Assembly (NCBI GenBank): GCA_963751345.1
Contig: CAVVUS010000011.1
Span: forward strand, 160,001 to 224,000
Direction: 5' to 3'
DNA: 64,000 bases
Origin: an uncultured Chloroflexia bacterium
GTDB taxonomy: Bacteria > Chloroflexota > Anaerolineae > B4-G1 > SLSP01
Shown here piece by piece: positions 18,593 through 28,586 of this stretch; positions within the stretch are counted from its first letter, which is position 1; each line of letters begins with the position of its first letter. The notes under the pieces were generated by a model. It did not search any database. It worked only from the letters and a program-made list of their open reading frames with translations, and had not been told where the DNA came from. Position numbers and translations under genes: made by a program.

Positions 18593-19408
18593 ATGCTGAC
18601 GGGACTGGGATTCATCAAACCCGCTGTACACACCGAGGGCGCCGATATGCTGGCGATCTCCGACCTCACGGTTAGCTACAACGGTGCGCCGGCGCTGAGC
18701 CACGTATCGTTTGAGCTGGAGAGAGGGGAGCGAGTTGCTGTCGTTGGCCCGAACGGCGCGGGCAAGAGCACGCTTTTCAAGGTCATCGCCGGCGTTCTCG
18801 ACCCGACGAGTGGCGACGTGCGCGTCGCAGGCTGCAGCCCGCGCAGCCATATCTGTATCGCCTACGTGCCGCAGAGAAACGACGTCGATTGGTCCTTTCC
18901 GGTGACCGTGGAGGACGTCGTCTTGATGGGGCGCTTCGGTAAACTGGGGCTACTGCGCAGGCCAGGCCGAGCGGATCGAGCACTCGTCAGAGAGTGCCTG
19001 GTGACCGTCGGGATGGAGGACCTGGCTCATCGCCAGATCAGCGAGCTGTCCGGGGGGCAGCAGCAGCGTATGTTCATTGCCAGGGCGCTTGCCCAGGAGT
19101 CGAGCATCATGCTGATGGATGAGCCCCTGAATGGCCTCGACGTCTCCGCCCAGGAGCGCATCCTGGAAATCCTGGATGCATTGAAGGCGCGAGGCGTGAC
19201 CGTTATGGTCGCCACGCACGACTTGAACCAGGCGGCGGATCACTTCGACCGGGTTATGCTCCTGAATCACCGCCTGTTGAGTATCGGCTCACCGGCGGAG
19301 GTCTTCACGGCGGTACATCTGCAGGATGCTTACGGAGGGACGCTTCGGCTTGTTGAGACCGAGGACGGCGTGATGGTGTTGAGCGACACGTGTTGTGGGG
19401 GGGACTGA
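18593..19408 (+). CDS. znuC: Zn/Mn ABC transporter ATP-binding protein
   Basis: GPNGAGKS, YVPQR, LSGGQQQR, MDEP. Confidence 0.88.
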   Translation: MLTGLGFIKPAVHTEGADMLAISDLTVSYNGAPALSHVSFELERGERVAVVGPNGAGKSTLFKVIAGVLDPTSGDVRVAGCSPRSHICIAYVPQRNDVDWSFPVTVEDVVLMGRFGKLGLLRRPGRADRALVRECLVTVGMEDLAHRQISELSGGQQQRMFIARALAQESSIMLMDEPLNGLDVSAQERILEILDALKARGVTVMVATHDLNQAADHFDRVMLLNHRLLSIGSPAEVFTAVHLQDAYGGTLRLVETEDGVMVLSDTCCGGD

Positions 19409-19410
19409 GG

Positions 19411-20280
19411 ATGGCACAGGTGCTTGAGGTTCTGATCGCCCCGCTGCGCTATCCCTTTATGGTTCGCGGGATCGCTGCGGCTGTCATGGTCGGCATCGTC
19501 TGTGCGATGGTGGGCACGTACATGGTGCTGCGCGGCATGGCTTTCCTGGGCGATGCCATAGCGCACTCGATACTCCCGGGCATCGCCATCGGGTATATCG
19601 TCAGTGGGGGCGCCCGGCAGCCCATCTTCTGGTGGGGGATGGGGACCGGGGTGCTGACGGCTATTGGGATTGGGGCCGTGGGCAAGGGCGCGCAGGTGAA
19701 GGGGGATACGGCCATCGGCATCATCTTCTCCGGCATGTTTGCCCTCGGCATCGCCCTGATCTCTACGATGCGCAGCTATGCGGTGGATCTCTCTCACTTT
19801 CTTTTCGGTGACGTGCTCGGCGTTTCCCAGGCAGACCTTTGGCTCACCGCGGCCCTTGCCGCGCTGGTTTTTCTGGTCATCTTCGTCTTCTACAAAGAGT
19901 TCCTGGTGCTCTCCTTTGACCCGATTCTCGCGGAGACGCTGCGCTTTCCCTCGGGCTTTCTGCACTACCTGCTGCTGGTCCTGATCGCGCTGACCATCGT
20001 CGTCTCGCTGCAGACCGTCGGCGTTGCCCTGATGGTGGCGATGCTGACCACGCCTGCGGCGACGGCGTACCTTCTCACCAAGCGTCTGGCGCCGATGATG
20101 GTCATCGCCTCCGTAATCGGCGCGCTCTCCGGCGTTGTGGGCCTCTATCTCTCATACTACGTCAGCGTGGCCTCCGGGGCTGCCATCGTGCTCGTCTGTA
20201 CTGCGATCTTTCTGCTGGCGCTGTTCGTCGCGCCGCGTCGTGGACTGGTCTGGGGATGGGTCAGGCGCCTCAGCCACTGA
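19411..20280 (+). CDS. znuB: Zn/Mn ABC transporter permease
   Basis: GDAIAHS.LPG, LFGD, SFD, TPAATA (ABC-3 family). Confidence 0.88.
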   Translation: MAQVLEVLIAPLRYPFMVRGIAAAVMVGIVCAMVGTYMVLRGMAFLGDAIAHSILPGIAIGYIVSGGARQPIFWWGMGTGVLTAIGIGAVGKGAQVKGDTAIGIIFSGMFALGIALISTMRSYAVDLSHFLFGDVLGVSQADLWLTAALAALVFLVIFVFYKEFLVLSFDPILAETLRFPSGFLHYLLLVLIALTIVVSLQTVGVALMVAMLTTPAATAYLLTKRLAPMMVIASVIGALSGVVGLYLSYYVSVASGAAIVLVCTAIFLLALFVAPRRGLVWGWVRRLSH

Positions 20281-21206
20281 ATCCATCGAGGCTGCAGAGA
20301 ACGTTCCGCCGCCTCTACGGGTGGGTGGCTAACCGGCTGTACCACGAACTCGCCGGGGCGTACGAGGCCGTCGCCTGGTCCGGTGAGCCTGGGACGCTGG
20401 GATAGCTGGCGCAAGCAGGCGCTGGACTGCATCAGTGCCTCCGAAGCTGGCGGGAGCGCCTCGGACGGCGGGGGCGCCTCGGACGGCGGGGGCGCGGCGG
20501 AAGATCTACGGATACTGGAAATCGGGTTCGGCACAGGGGCGCTGCTGGTCGAAGCCGCCAGGCGAGGTCTCAATGCTTGCGGGCGCCGACCCATCGTTCG
20601 CGATGCACCGTGTGGCGGGGCGAAGGGCGCGCAGGTCAGGCGTGATACTGCGCCGCGTGGTGGCACCAAGCCAGGCGCTCCCGTTTGCCGGCGAGTCATT
20701 CGACGCGATCGTCTCGACTTTTCCGACGGAGTACATTGCGGATCCTGCCACGTTGCGCGAGGCAGCGCGTCTCCTGCGAGACCCGAGCGGCGACCGGCCC
20801 GGCGGTCGCCTGGTGATCACGGGACTGGGGGTTCGCGTCGGCGGCGGAACCGATGAACCGGTGTCTACGGATCTCAACGGAGCCTCCCGGGCGCCTGTTC
20901 GTAGCTAACGACTTTAGTCGTTCTGCTTCGGGCGTTCTGCACTCCATCGCCCCCTCTGGGGAAAATAGTAAGGTCGAGCCCTCGGATTGGCCCAGGGCCG
21001 CGGCCTTCAGGTTGGTGGCCTGGGTGGCGCGCCTGATCTTTGGCGGCGGCACGGAAGACGGTGTTGCGCTGTACGCCCGATTCGCCGAGCAGTCGGGCTT
21101 TGACGTCACTATCGTAGAAGGCGTGGGACCGGTGCGGGTACCGGTGCTGATCCTGGAAAAGCCGCTCTCGCTTGTTACTTCGGGCAGCGAAGGCGGTGAG
21201 CCGTGA
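20256..21206 (+). CDS. Class I SAM-dependent methyltransferase (about three frameshifts; carries in-frame insertions)
   Basis: Rebuilt RLYHELAGAYEAVAW/VSLGRW...ILEIGFGTG...D.S..M...LPFAGESFDAIVSTFP...EAARLL...GGRLVI. Confidence 0.7.
20848..20922. repeat. GTAG-type REP doublet, copy A (inside methyltransferase)
   Basis: AACCGATGAACCGGTGTCTACGGATC (minus-strand unit, degenerate) and GTTCGTAGCTAACGACTTTAGTCGTT (plus-strand unit); homologous to 41055..41116. Confidence 0.7.
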
Positions 21207-21976
21207 TGGTGCCCGAGCTTCGTGCCCTCCTGTCAACCGGGGGCCGCGCCGAGGCGAAACGCGCCGGCGCCTGGCACCTCAGCATACCTGAAGGGCCGGC
21301 TGCCTCCTACCGCGTCGCCCAGATTGATGACTACTCGCATCTTGGGCGCCGATCGTTTCGGTGGCAGCCGCCGCTCAAGCTGCACGTGCGTGCCCGCGTC
21401 TCCGGGCCGGCGCTCCCGGGTACCTGGGGATTCGGTCTCTGGAATGACCCGTTTACTGCACAACTGGGGTTCGGGGCCGGACACCGGCTCCCGGCGCTGC
21501 CCAATGCCGCTTGGTTCTTCTACGCCTCGCCTCCCAATTACCTCGCCCTCTCCGATTCCCATCCCGCCCAGGGCATGCTCGCGGCCACGTTTTCCTCCCC
21601 GCATGTGCCTTCATCGCTGCTTGCCCTGGGTGCACCGGTGCTCGCCCTGGCAATCCTCCCCTGGTGGGCCCGCCTGCTGCGCCGAGTTAGCCGGCATATG
21701 GTAGGGGACGATGCCATTTCCCTCGATCTCGATCCTGCCGTCTGGCACGACTACGAGGTCGAGTGGCACCAGGATCACGTAGCGTTTCGAGTGGACGAGA
21801 GGCCGTGCTTCCGCACCCCGATCAGCCCCAGGGGTCCTCTGGGATTGGTGTTGTGGATCGACAACCAGTATATGGCGCTCCCTCCGGATGGGCGATTGAG
21901 GTTTGGCGCGCTCGCGGGCCCGGATGCCTGGCTCGATCTCGACCGGGTCGGCGTGGAAGCGTCCGGCGAGGCTTAG
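21203..21976 (+). CDS. Hypothetical protein, concanavalin A/GH16-like beta-sandwich
   Basis: RARV...GTWGFGLWN, WHDYEVEW...VAFRVD; no ExDxxE catalytic motif seen. Confidence 0.6.
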   Translation: MMVPELRALLSTGGRAEAKRAGAWHLSIPEGPAASYRVAQIDDYSHLGRRSFRWQPPLKLHVRARVSGPALPGTWGFGLWNDPFTAQLGFGAGHRLPALPNAAWFFYASPPNYLALSDSHPAQGMLAATFSSPHVPSSLLALGAPVLALAILPWWARLLRRVSRHMVGDDAISLDLDPAVWHDYEVEWHQDHVAFRVDERPCFRTPISPRGPLGLVLWIDNQYMALPPDGRLRFGALAGPDAWLDLDRVGVEASGEA

Positions 21977-21996
21977 CCCGGCGTGCAGGCGCGTCG

Positions 21997-23028
21997 ATGA
22001 CTACGTCCGCGACGGCGGCAGCGCACCCCAACTTGGCCCTCGTCAAGTATTGGGGAAGATCCGACCCCGGTCTCAATATCCCTGCGAATGGCTCGATCTC
22101 CGTCAATCTCAGCGGTGCCACGACGATCACCTCGGTGGCTTTCGACTCCGCATTGCGGGAAGACGTGGTCAATGTGAACGGCAGCCCCGCCGATGCCGTC
22201 GCCTATCGTCGTGTCGTGGCTCACCTTGATCGCCTGCGTGCGATGGCGGGCGCGGTGACCCGGGCGCGCGTGGCTTCGACCAACGACTTCCCGATGGCTG
22301 TCGGCATTGCCTCTTCGGCCTCCGCGTTTGCTTCGCTCTCCCTGGCCGCTTCGCGTGCGTTGGGGCTGGATCTGACCTCGCGGCAGGTATCGATTCTCGC
22401 CCGCAAGGGATCGGGGTCGGCCTGCCGCTCCGTTCCGGATGGGTTCGCAGAGTGGCTCCGCGGTCACAACGATGAGAGCTCCTACGCCATTTCATTGGCC
22501 AAGCGAGACTACTGGGATCTGCGCATCCTGACCATCGTCATTTCTGCGGAGCCGAAGCTGATTTCATCGCTCGATGGACACCGGGCGGCTCACACCAGCC
22601 CGTTTTACGCAGCACGACTCGAGACGATCGGACAGACGCTCGATACGGTGCGTTCTGCCCTGCTGGCGCGTGATCTCGACGCGCTGGGCATGGCGGTCGA
22701 GCGGGAGGCGATGTCCCTACACGCCATCGCTATGACCTCTCGGCCGGAGGGCTATCCGTGGATGAGTGGTATTTACTACATGGCGCCGGAGACGATGCGC
22801 CTGATCCGGGCCGTGCAGCGTTGGCGGGCGGAGGGGCTCGCCGTCTACGCCACACTGGATGCCGGTCCCAGCCTCCACCTGCTCTGTCAGGCGCAAGACC
22901 AGGAGAGGGTCGCCCGAGCGGTCGCAGCGCTGGATGTAGTGCCACTAAGGGTGCTGGTCAGCCGCCCCGGTCGTGGTGCGTGGTTGGTCAATGAAACCGC
23001 CGAGGCGGATGCCTCGGCGGTGAAGTGA
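21997..23028 (+). CDS. mvaD: (Di)phosphomevalonate decarboxylase
   Basis: NLALVKYWG, GIASSAS, ARKGSGSACRS, TLDAGP. Confidence 0.92.
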   Translation: MTTSATAAAHPNLALVKYWGRSDPGLNIPANGSISVNLSGATTITSVAFDSALREDVVNVNGSPADAVAYRRVVAHLDRLRAMAGAVTRARVASTNDFPMAVGIASSASAFASLSLAASRALGLDLTSRQVSILARKGSGSACRSVPDGFAEWLRGHNDESSYAISLAKRDYWDLRILTIVISAEPKLISSLDGHRAAHTSPFYAARLETIGQTLDTVRSALLARDLDALGMAVEREAMSLHAIAMTSRPEGYPWMSGIYYMAPETMRLIRAVQRWRAEGLAVYATLDAGPSLHLLCQAQDQERVARAVAALDVVPLRVLVSRPGRGAWLVNETAEADASAVK

Positions 23029-23092
23029 TGAACGTACCGGCCTGAACCTAGTGCAAGAGTCAGTAGAGCTGTTCGGGAAAGGATTTTGACCT

Positions 23093-23160
23093 CGTTTCAG
23101 GCGGATCTGTGATCCGCCGGGTCACCGTGCAGACGGCGGATCACAGATCCGCCTGGAACG
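23093..23160. repeat. Inverted doublet of self-palindromic units (REPIN/MITE-like) between convergent mvaD and glgC
   Basis: CGTTTCAGGCGGATCTGTGATCCGCCG ... CGGCGGATCACAGATCCGCCTGGAACG. Confidence 0.75.
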
Positions 23161-23204
23161 TATGCCTTGGGAACCTATTACCGAAAAGCTGCTATGCAAC
23201 TGCC

Positions 23205-24466
23205 CTAGATCACGGTATTGTCCGGGATGACGGCTCCCTTGGGCACGACGACGATGCCATCGCGCACAACGTACGTGTCCGTTTCCTCTTCCTCGGCTCC
23301 CTCGTGGTTACGGATGACGACGTTGCGGCCGATGCGGACGTTCTTGTCCAGGATGGCGTTCTCGATGACGCTGCCATCGCCGACGCCCATACTCGGCAGA
23401 CCCAGATGAGCGTTCTCCTCAATCTGCACCAGAGTTTCATAGTAATCGGCGCCCATCATAACCACGCGGTGGAGATGCGCGCCCGGCCTCACAATGCTGC
23501 GGAGGCCGATGACGCTGTCCGCCACCGCGGCATTGTTGATTTGACATCCGGGAGCGAGAACCACACGGTGGATGCTTGAATCCAGGACCCGGCTGCCGGA
23601 GAGATAACGTGCGCGGGTGTAGATAGGCCATTCGGGTGCAAAGAAGTCAAAGGGTGGATTCGGCCCTGCGAGCGCCAGGTTGACCTCGTAGAAGGTGCGC
23701 ATCGTGCCGATATCCTCCCAGTATCCCTCGAACTGATAGGCAGAGACGCGCAGCCCTTCCGCAATCGCAGCGGGTATGATGTGCTTCCCGAAGTCCGACC
23801 CCGGCTCCTCCCGGAGGATTTTGTTCAGGACCTGGGCGCCGAAAACGTAGATGCCCATTGAGGCGAGATAGGGTTTGTCACCCGGCAGACTGGCCAGATC
23901 TTTCAGCCGCTCCGGCGAGGGCTTCTCGACCCACTCCGTAATACTCCCGTTCTCGTCGGCCTTAAGGATGCCCAGGCTCGGGGCCTGTTCTGCGGACACG
24001 GGCTGCGCTGCAATGGTGATGGCTGCTTCATGGCTCTCGTGGTGTTGAACGAAGAGAGAGTAGTCCATCCGGTACAGGTGATCCCCCGCCAGGATCACGA
24101 TATTGCGCGGTTCCTGCACCTGCAGTTGGAAAAGCTGCTTGCGCAGGGCGTCCGCGGTCCCCTGATACCACGCCTGGCTGCCGGCGTCTGCTCGGCCGCG
24201 AGGATGCGCACCCATCCCCCCGAGAAGCTGTCGAACTGGTAAGTCCGGGTGACGTGGCGATGCAGCGAGACCGAGTTGTACTGCGTAAGGACGTAGATCC
24301 GGTTGATCCCGGAGTTGATGCAATTGCTCATCGGAATGTCGATGAGACGGTAGTAACCAGCCAGAGGCACCGCCGGCTTGGCCCGAAGCTTGGTAAGGGG
24401 GTAGAGTCGCGAGCCCGCACCTCCCCCCATAATGACACCCAGGGTGTCTCTCATGAAACTGAGCAT
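23205..24466 (-). CDS. glgC: Glucose-1-phosphate adenylyltransferase (frameshift ~24180)
   Basis: [57 protein letters not shown]. Confidence 0.95.
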
Positions 24467-24701
24467 GAAGATCCTCCTATCGACGCGGCGTACGAAGCGC
24501 GGCAGGTTGCTCTGCCCCTAGACGAACGATGACGCGGCCGGAAGGTCGCAATTGTCCTATCCATATGTCTGAAACTCATTATATCCAGACGTTGTGGATA
24601 GCAAGCGGAACTGCGTTGCACGTTCACGTTTCAACGGTCCACCTGCTGACGTGCCAGGCGCTCTGTTGACTGTGTTGCTCTCTGGGCTATCATTGCGCCC
24701 G

Positions 24702-26717
24702 ATGCCGCCTAAGTCCCGCGCCCATTTCGTGTTGCTGATAGCGATCCTGACCCTGGGCGTTGCCCTGAGGTTCTCGCAGCCTACCCTTGTCGAGTTCAAA
24801 CGGGATGAGGCGACGGTGGCGCGGTTGGGGCAAGCGATTGCCTTCGAGGGATATCTTCCTGCGGTCGGGGTGGACTCCTCACTGGGCATCGACAATCTGC
24901 CGCTGACGCTCTATCTGGTGGCACTCCCCTTGCGACTCTGGTCGGATCCGCTGGCTGCAGTGCTCTTCACGATGTTGCTCAATAGCCTGGCCTTGCCGGC
25001 GTGCTATCTTCTGGCCAAGGAGGCGCTGGGAAAGCGGGCAGCGCTGCTGAGCACATTGCTCTTCGCCGTGAGTCCCTGGGCCGTGCTCTACGCCCGCAAG
25101 ATCTGGTCGCGTACGCTGCCGATCTTCACCCTTGCCTTGATGGCGTCTCTGTTCCTGACTTTTGTGCGGCGGCGGCGATGGGCGCTCGTGGCCGCGTTTG
25201 CCAGCCTGGCAGCGCTGGTGGGGCTCCAACTTGAGGCCCTGGCCTTCGCTCCGATCCTCGTGCTGGCTCTCGTGCTCTATCGGGATGCCGTCGCCTGGCG
25301 TCCGCTCCTCATCGGCGTGCTCGTCGCTCTCTGTCTCGTCTCGCCCTATATCGTTCACGACGCTGCGAACGGATGGGAGAATGCGCGCGGCCTGATCACG
25401 TATGCCAGGGGTGGCGGCACCTTCTCGTGGGACGCCCTGCGGTACACCTTCGCGTTGCTTGGCAGTCAGGGCATTGAGGGCCAGGCCGGCCCATTCCACC
25501 TGCAGTTCGCCGCCGGCGTGCCGCCCTTCTGGTGGCTCAACGGTGTGTTGAGCGTCTTGTTGGTGGCTGCAGTGGGGTACGGGCTCTATCAGGCCGTCCG
25601 TGGACATACCCGGGAGCGACGCCGGACGTTCACGCTGCTGCTGTTGTGGTTCGCCGTTCCGGTCCTGCTGCAGCTCAGGCCGTCTGCGCCGACGCAGCAG
25701 CACTACTTCGTGATGCACTACCCCGTGCAGTTCATGCTCATCGCAGCCTTCGTGGTGGGCATTCATAGGTGGGTGTCGCGCCGGGTGAGCGGGGGAGCGG
25801 GGAGGCTGATCGTGCGCTACGTGACCTCCGCGCTCGTGGTCTTGCTCGTATTGGGCTGCGGGTGGCAGGTGCTCGTGACAGCGGAGCTGCGCGCGATGAT
25901 GGTGGCGCATCCGACGACCGGGGGATACGGGACGCCGCTGCGATACACGCGTCAGGCGGCGCGCGAGGCGGAGCGTCTGGCCCAGGGCAGTGAGGTCATC
26001 GTCCTGAGCGAGGAAACCCGGCCCTTCGTAACCGAGACGCCGACCGTCTTCGATGCCTTGCTCTTCGGGACGCCGCATCGCTTTGCCGATCCACGTGCCG
26101 CCGTGCCGTTTCCCGAGCGCGACCGATTCGTCTATCTGGTCGGACCGATCTCTCCGGATACGGAGGAAGACGTGGGTGTGGCGCGACTCGCCCAGCTGGC
26201 ATCTATTGAACCTGGCCCAGGCGTGACGCTGCGCGACGGGGTCAGCTATGGCACATTCCTGGGAACCGCTTCGAGCCGCGACGAGGCGCTTGAGGGATTG
26301 ACGTCACTGGGTCCGGGTGTCCCATTCGCCAACAACGTCGTCTTTGCTGCCTACGAGGCGGCCCCATCGATTCGGGTCGGAGAGACTCTGGAGGTCTGGT
26401 TGGCTTGGTGGCTGCGTGACGTGCCCCCCGAGGATGCCGATTACCATTTCACGGCGCAAGTACTCGGTGATGACGGTGCGCTTCAGGGTCAGGACGATCA
26501 AGCCGGATTCCCATCGTCCGGCTGGGCAGCGGGCGACCTGGTCCTCAGCCACTTCACGGTGATCGTGCCGGACCGGATGCCTCCGGGGAGCTACCGGCTG
26601 CGCGCCGGCATGTACAGCTACCCGGAGATCCGCGCGGTTCCCGTCGTCGATGTGCAGGGCGAGCCGGTGGACGATGGGCTCACGCTGGAGGAGATTGCGA
26701 TTGGACCAATCTTCTGA
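24702..26717 (+). CDS. ArnT/PMT-like (GT39/GT83) membrane glycosyltransferase with C-terminal beta-sandwich domain
   Basis: 'FKRDEA' after TM1, LFAVSPWAVLYARKIW, many TMs; promoter TTGACT-16-TATCAT just upstream. Confidence 0.75.
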   Translation: MPPKSRAHFVLLIAILTLGVALRFSQPTLVEFKRDEATVARLGQAIAFEGYLPAVGVDSSLGIDNLPLTLYLVALPLRLWSDPLAAVLFTMLLNSLALPACYLLAKEALGKRAALLSTLLFAVSPWAVLYARKIWSRTLPIFTLALMASLFLTFVRRRRWALVAAFASLAALVGLQLEALAFAPILVLALVLYRDAVAWRPLLIGVLVALCLVSPYIVHDAANGWENARGLITYARGGGTFSWDALRYTFALLGSQGIEGQAGPFHLQFAAGVPPFWWLNGVLSVLLVAAVGYGLYQAVRGHTRERRRTFTLLLLWFAVPVLLQLRPSAPTQQHYFVMHYPVQFMLIAAFVVGIHRWVSRRVSGGAGRLIVRYVTSALVVLLVLGCGWQVLVTAELRAMMVAHPTTGGYGTPLRYTRQAAREAERLAQGSEVIVLSEETRPFVTETPTVFDALLFGTPHRFADPRAAVPFPERDRFVYLVGPISPDTEEDVGVARLAQLASIEPGPGVTLRDGVSYGTFLGTASSRDEALEGLTSLGPGVPFANNVVFAAYEAAPSIRVGETLEVWLAWWLRDVPPEDADYHFTAQVLGDDGALQGQDDQAGFPSSGWAAGDLVLSHFTVIVPDRMPPGSYRLRAGMYSYPEIRAVPVVDVQGEPVDDGLTLEEIAIGPIF

Positions 26718-26733
26718 GATTGGTCCAATCTAC
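26699..26733. terminator. 14-bp hairpin between convergent genes (REP-like or bidirectional terminator)
   Basis: GATTGGACCAATCT-TCTG-AGATTGGTCCAATC followed by TAC (GTAG on minus strand). Confidence 0.55.
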
Positions 26734-26746
26734 CGTCGCCACTTCT

Positions 26747-27838
26747 CTAGTGCTGACCGGCGAACTTGGGTGATGGCGCAGCGTTGATGACCTGATCCAC
26801 CACGTCTGTCAGCTCGCTGAAGCTGTCGTTGTTGTAGGTCTCAATGGCGCCCTGATCCCCCAGGCTGGCCATCTGGGGATCGATGCCGATCTCGCCCAGG
26901 AAGCGGGTATTGAAGGTCTCTGCCATTGCTCTCGTATCGCCCGTTCCAAAGAGCGTAAAGCGCTCACCGCAGTGCGGGCATATCACGTAGCTCATATTCT
27001 CAATGAGGCCGATGAGAGGGGTGTCGAGGTGGCCGGCCATATGCGCGGCCTTGCGCACCACCATCCCTGCCAGATCTTGGGGCGACGTCACCAGGACGAT
27101 CCCCGTCACCGGCAGCCCCTGCATAACGGTGAGTGCTGCGTCCGACGTGCCCGGTGGCATGTCCACGACCAGCGCGTCGAGGTCTCCCCAGAATACATCG
27201 TTCCAGAACTGGTTGATCGCGCTCGTGATCATCGGCCCGCGCCAGATCACCGCCTGCTCCTCATCTTCAAGCATCAAGTTGATCGACATGATCTTGATGC
27301 CCGTGGAGGTCTGGGGCGGCATAATCCCCAGGGGGGACATCGTGGGTGGCTCTTTCACCCCGAACAACTTGGGAATGCTGGGTCCGGTGATGTCCGAGTC
27401 CAGCACGCCGACCCGTCGTCCCCTACGCCTCAAGCCAACAGCCAGCATGGCCGCGACCGTCGACTTTCCGACGCCGCCCTTACCGCTCATCACCGCGATG
27501 ACGGTCTTCACCTTGTTGAGATTGCCCGCCGGGGAGCTCGACTGCTGGCCGCTCTGACCGTGCAGCTTTTCGCGCATCGCCTCTCGCTCTTTGTCGGTCA
27601 TCGCCGTCAACGAGATCTCTACGTTGAGCCCGTCTTCCAGCGCGTCGACGGCCTGCCCGGCATCGGCGGCGATTTCGTCACGTAGCGGGCAGTTCGGTAC
27701 GGTCAAGGCGATGGTGACGTGAACGTCCTTCCCCTTGATCGTGATGTCGCGGATCATGCCCAGCTCGACGATGCTCCGATGCAGCTCAGGATCGATTACT
27801 TGTCGGAGTGCTTCCAGTACCTGCTCTTTCGATGCCAC
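26747..27838 (-). CDS. mrp: Mrp/NBP35 (ApbC) Fe-S cluster carrier ATPase
   Basis: N-terminal DPE...CP domain, SGKGGVGKS, WRGPM, DMPPGTSD, ENMS..CPHC. Confidence 0.93.
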   Translation of the reverse strand: MASKEQVLEALRQVIDPELHRSIVELGMIRDITIKGKDVHVTIALTVPNCPLRDEIAADAGQAVDALEDGLNVEISLTAMTDKEREAMREKLHGQSGQQSSSPAGNLNKVKTVIAVMSGKGGVGKSTVAAMLAVGLRRRGRRVGVLDSDITGPSIPKLFGVKEPPTMSPLGIMPPQTSTGIKIMSINLMLEDEEQAVIWRGPMITSAINQFWNDVFWGDLDALVVDMPPGTSDAALTVMQGLPVTGIVLVTSPQDLAGMVVRKAAHMAGHLDTPLIGLIENMSYVICPHCGERFTLFGTGDTRAMAETFNTRFLGEIGIDPQMASLGDQGAIETYNNDSFSELTDVVDQVINAAPSPKFAGQH

Positions 27839-27964
27839 TCTTATCCTCCAGGAGATATGCTGTAACGATAATGGTTAGGTGCCGGGCCCCTGACCTCTTC
27901 CGCAAGAAGCCCCCCGTCTCGGGGGGCTTAGAGAAACCTGGCGACTATGTCCGCCACTCCCGCC

Positions 27965-28520
27965 TCACACTGCAGCAGTTTCTGCAGATCGCTCTCCCTC
28001 CCTGGCCTCCTCCGCCTCCTCTTCTCCGTGCCGAACCTCCCAGATCCGATCGGGTGCGACGAGGCGATCGATGTACAAGAACGCCGTTGACGTGATCGAT
28101 CTCGTGCTGGAACACCCGCGCGAGGTATCCCTTGGGCCGCATGTGGAACTTCCCGCCGTGCCGGTCCATGCCGCGTACAAGTACCTCAATGGCGCGCTCA
28201 ACCTCGCCTACATAGCCGGGTATGGAGAGACAACCCTCCACCCCAATTTCGACCTCCCGAGACTCCTTGACGATTTCGGGGTTGACCACGACATACAGCT
28301 CGCCACTTCCCCGGACTTCCTCGTCTTCCGGCAACTCCACGACGATGATCTTGTGCATTTCGCCGACTTGTACGGCAGCCAGGCCGACGCCATCGGCGTC
28401 GTGCATGGTCTCCACCATATCATCGATCAGTTGCTCCAGTTCGGGCGTGATCGTCTCAACTAGTCGTGATCGCTCACGTAGGCGAGGGTCCCCAACTGTG
28501 ATGATCTCCCGCAATGCCAT
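27965..28520 (-). CDS. def: Peptide deformylase (frameshift ~28075)
   Basis: GVGLAAVQ, EGCLS, QHEIDH; C-terminus LYIDRL in ORF 27965..28201. Confidence 0.93.
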
Positions 28521-28586
28521 ATTGCCTCCAACTATTCTTTCCCAATGTTCAGTTTGTTCACTTACGAGGCACTGTTATGCAGCGCC

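Noticed and set aside
27907-27929. AAGCCCCCC/GGGGGGCTT hairpin between def and mrp
   Set aside because: Ordinary short stem, probably a weak terminator
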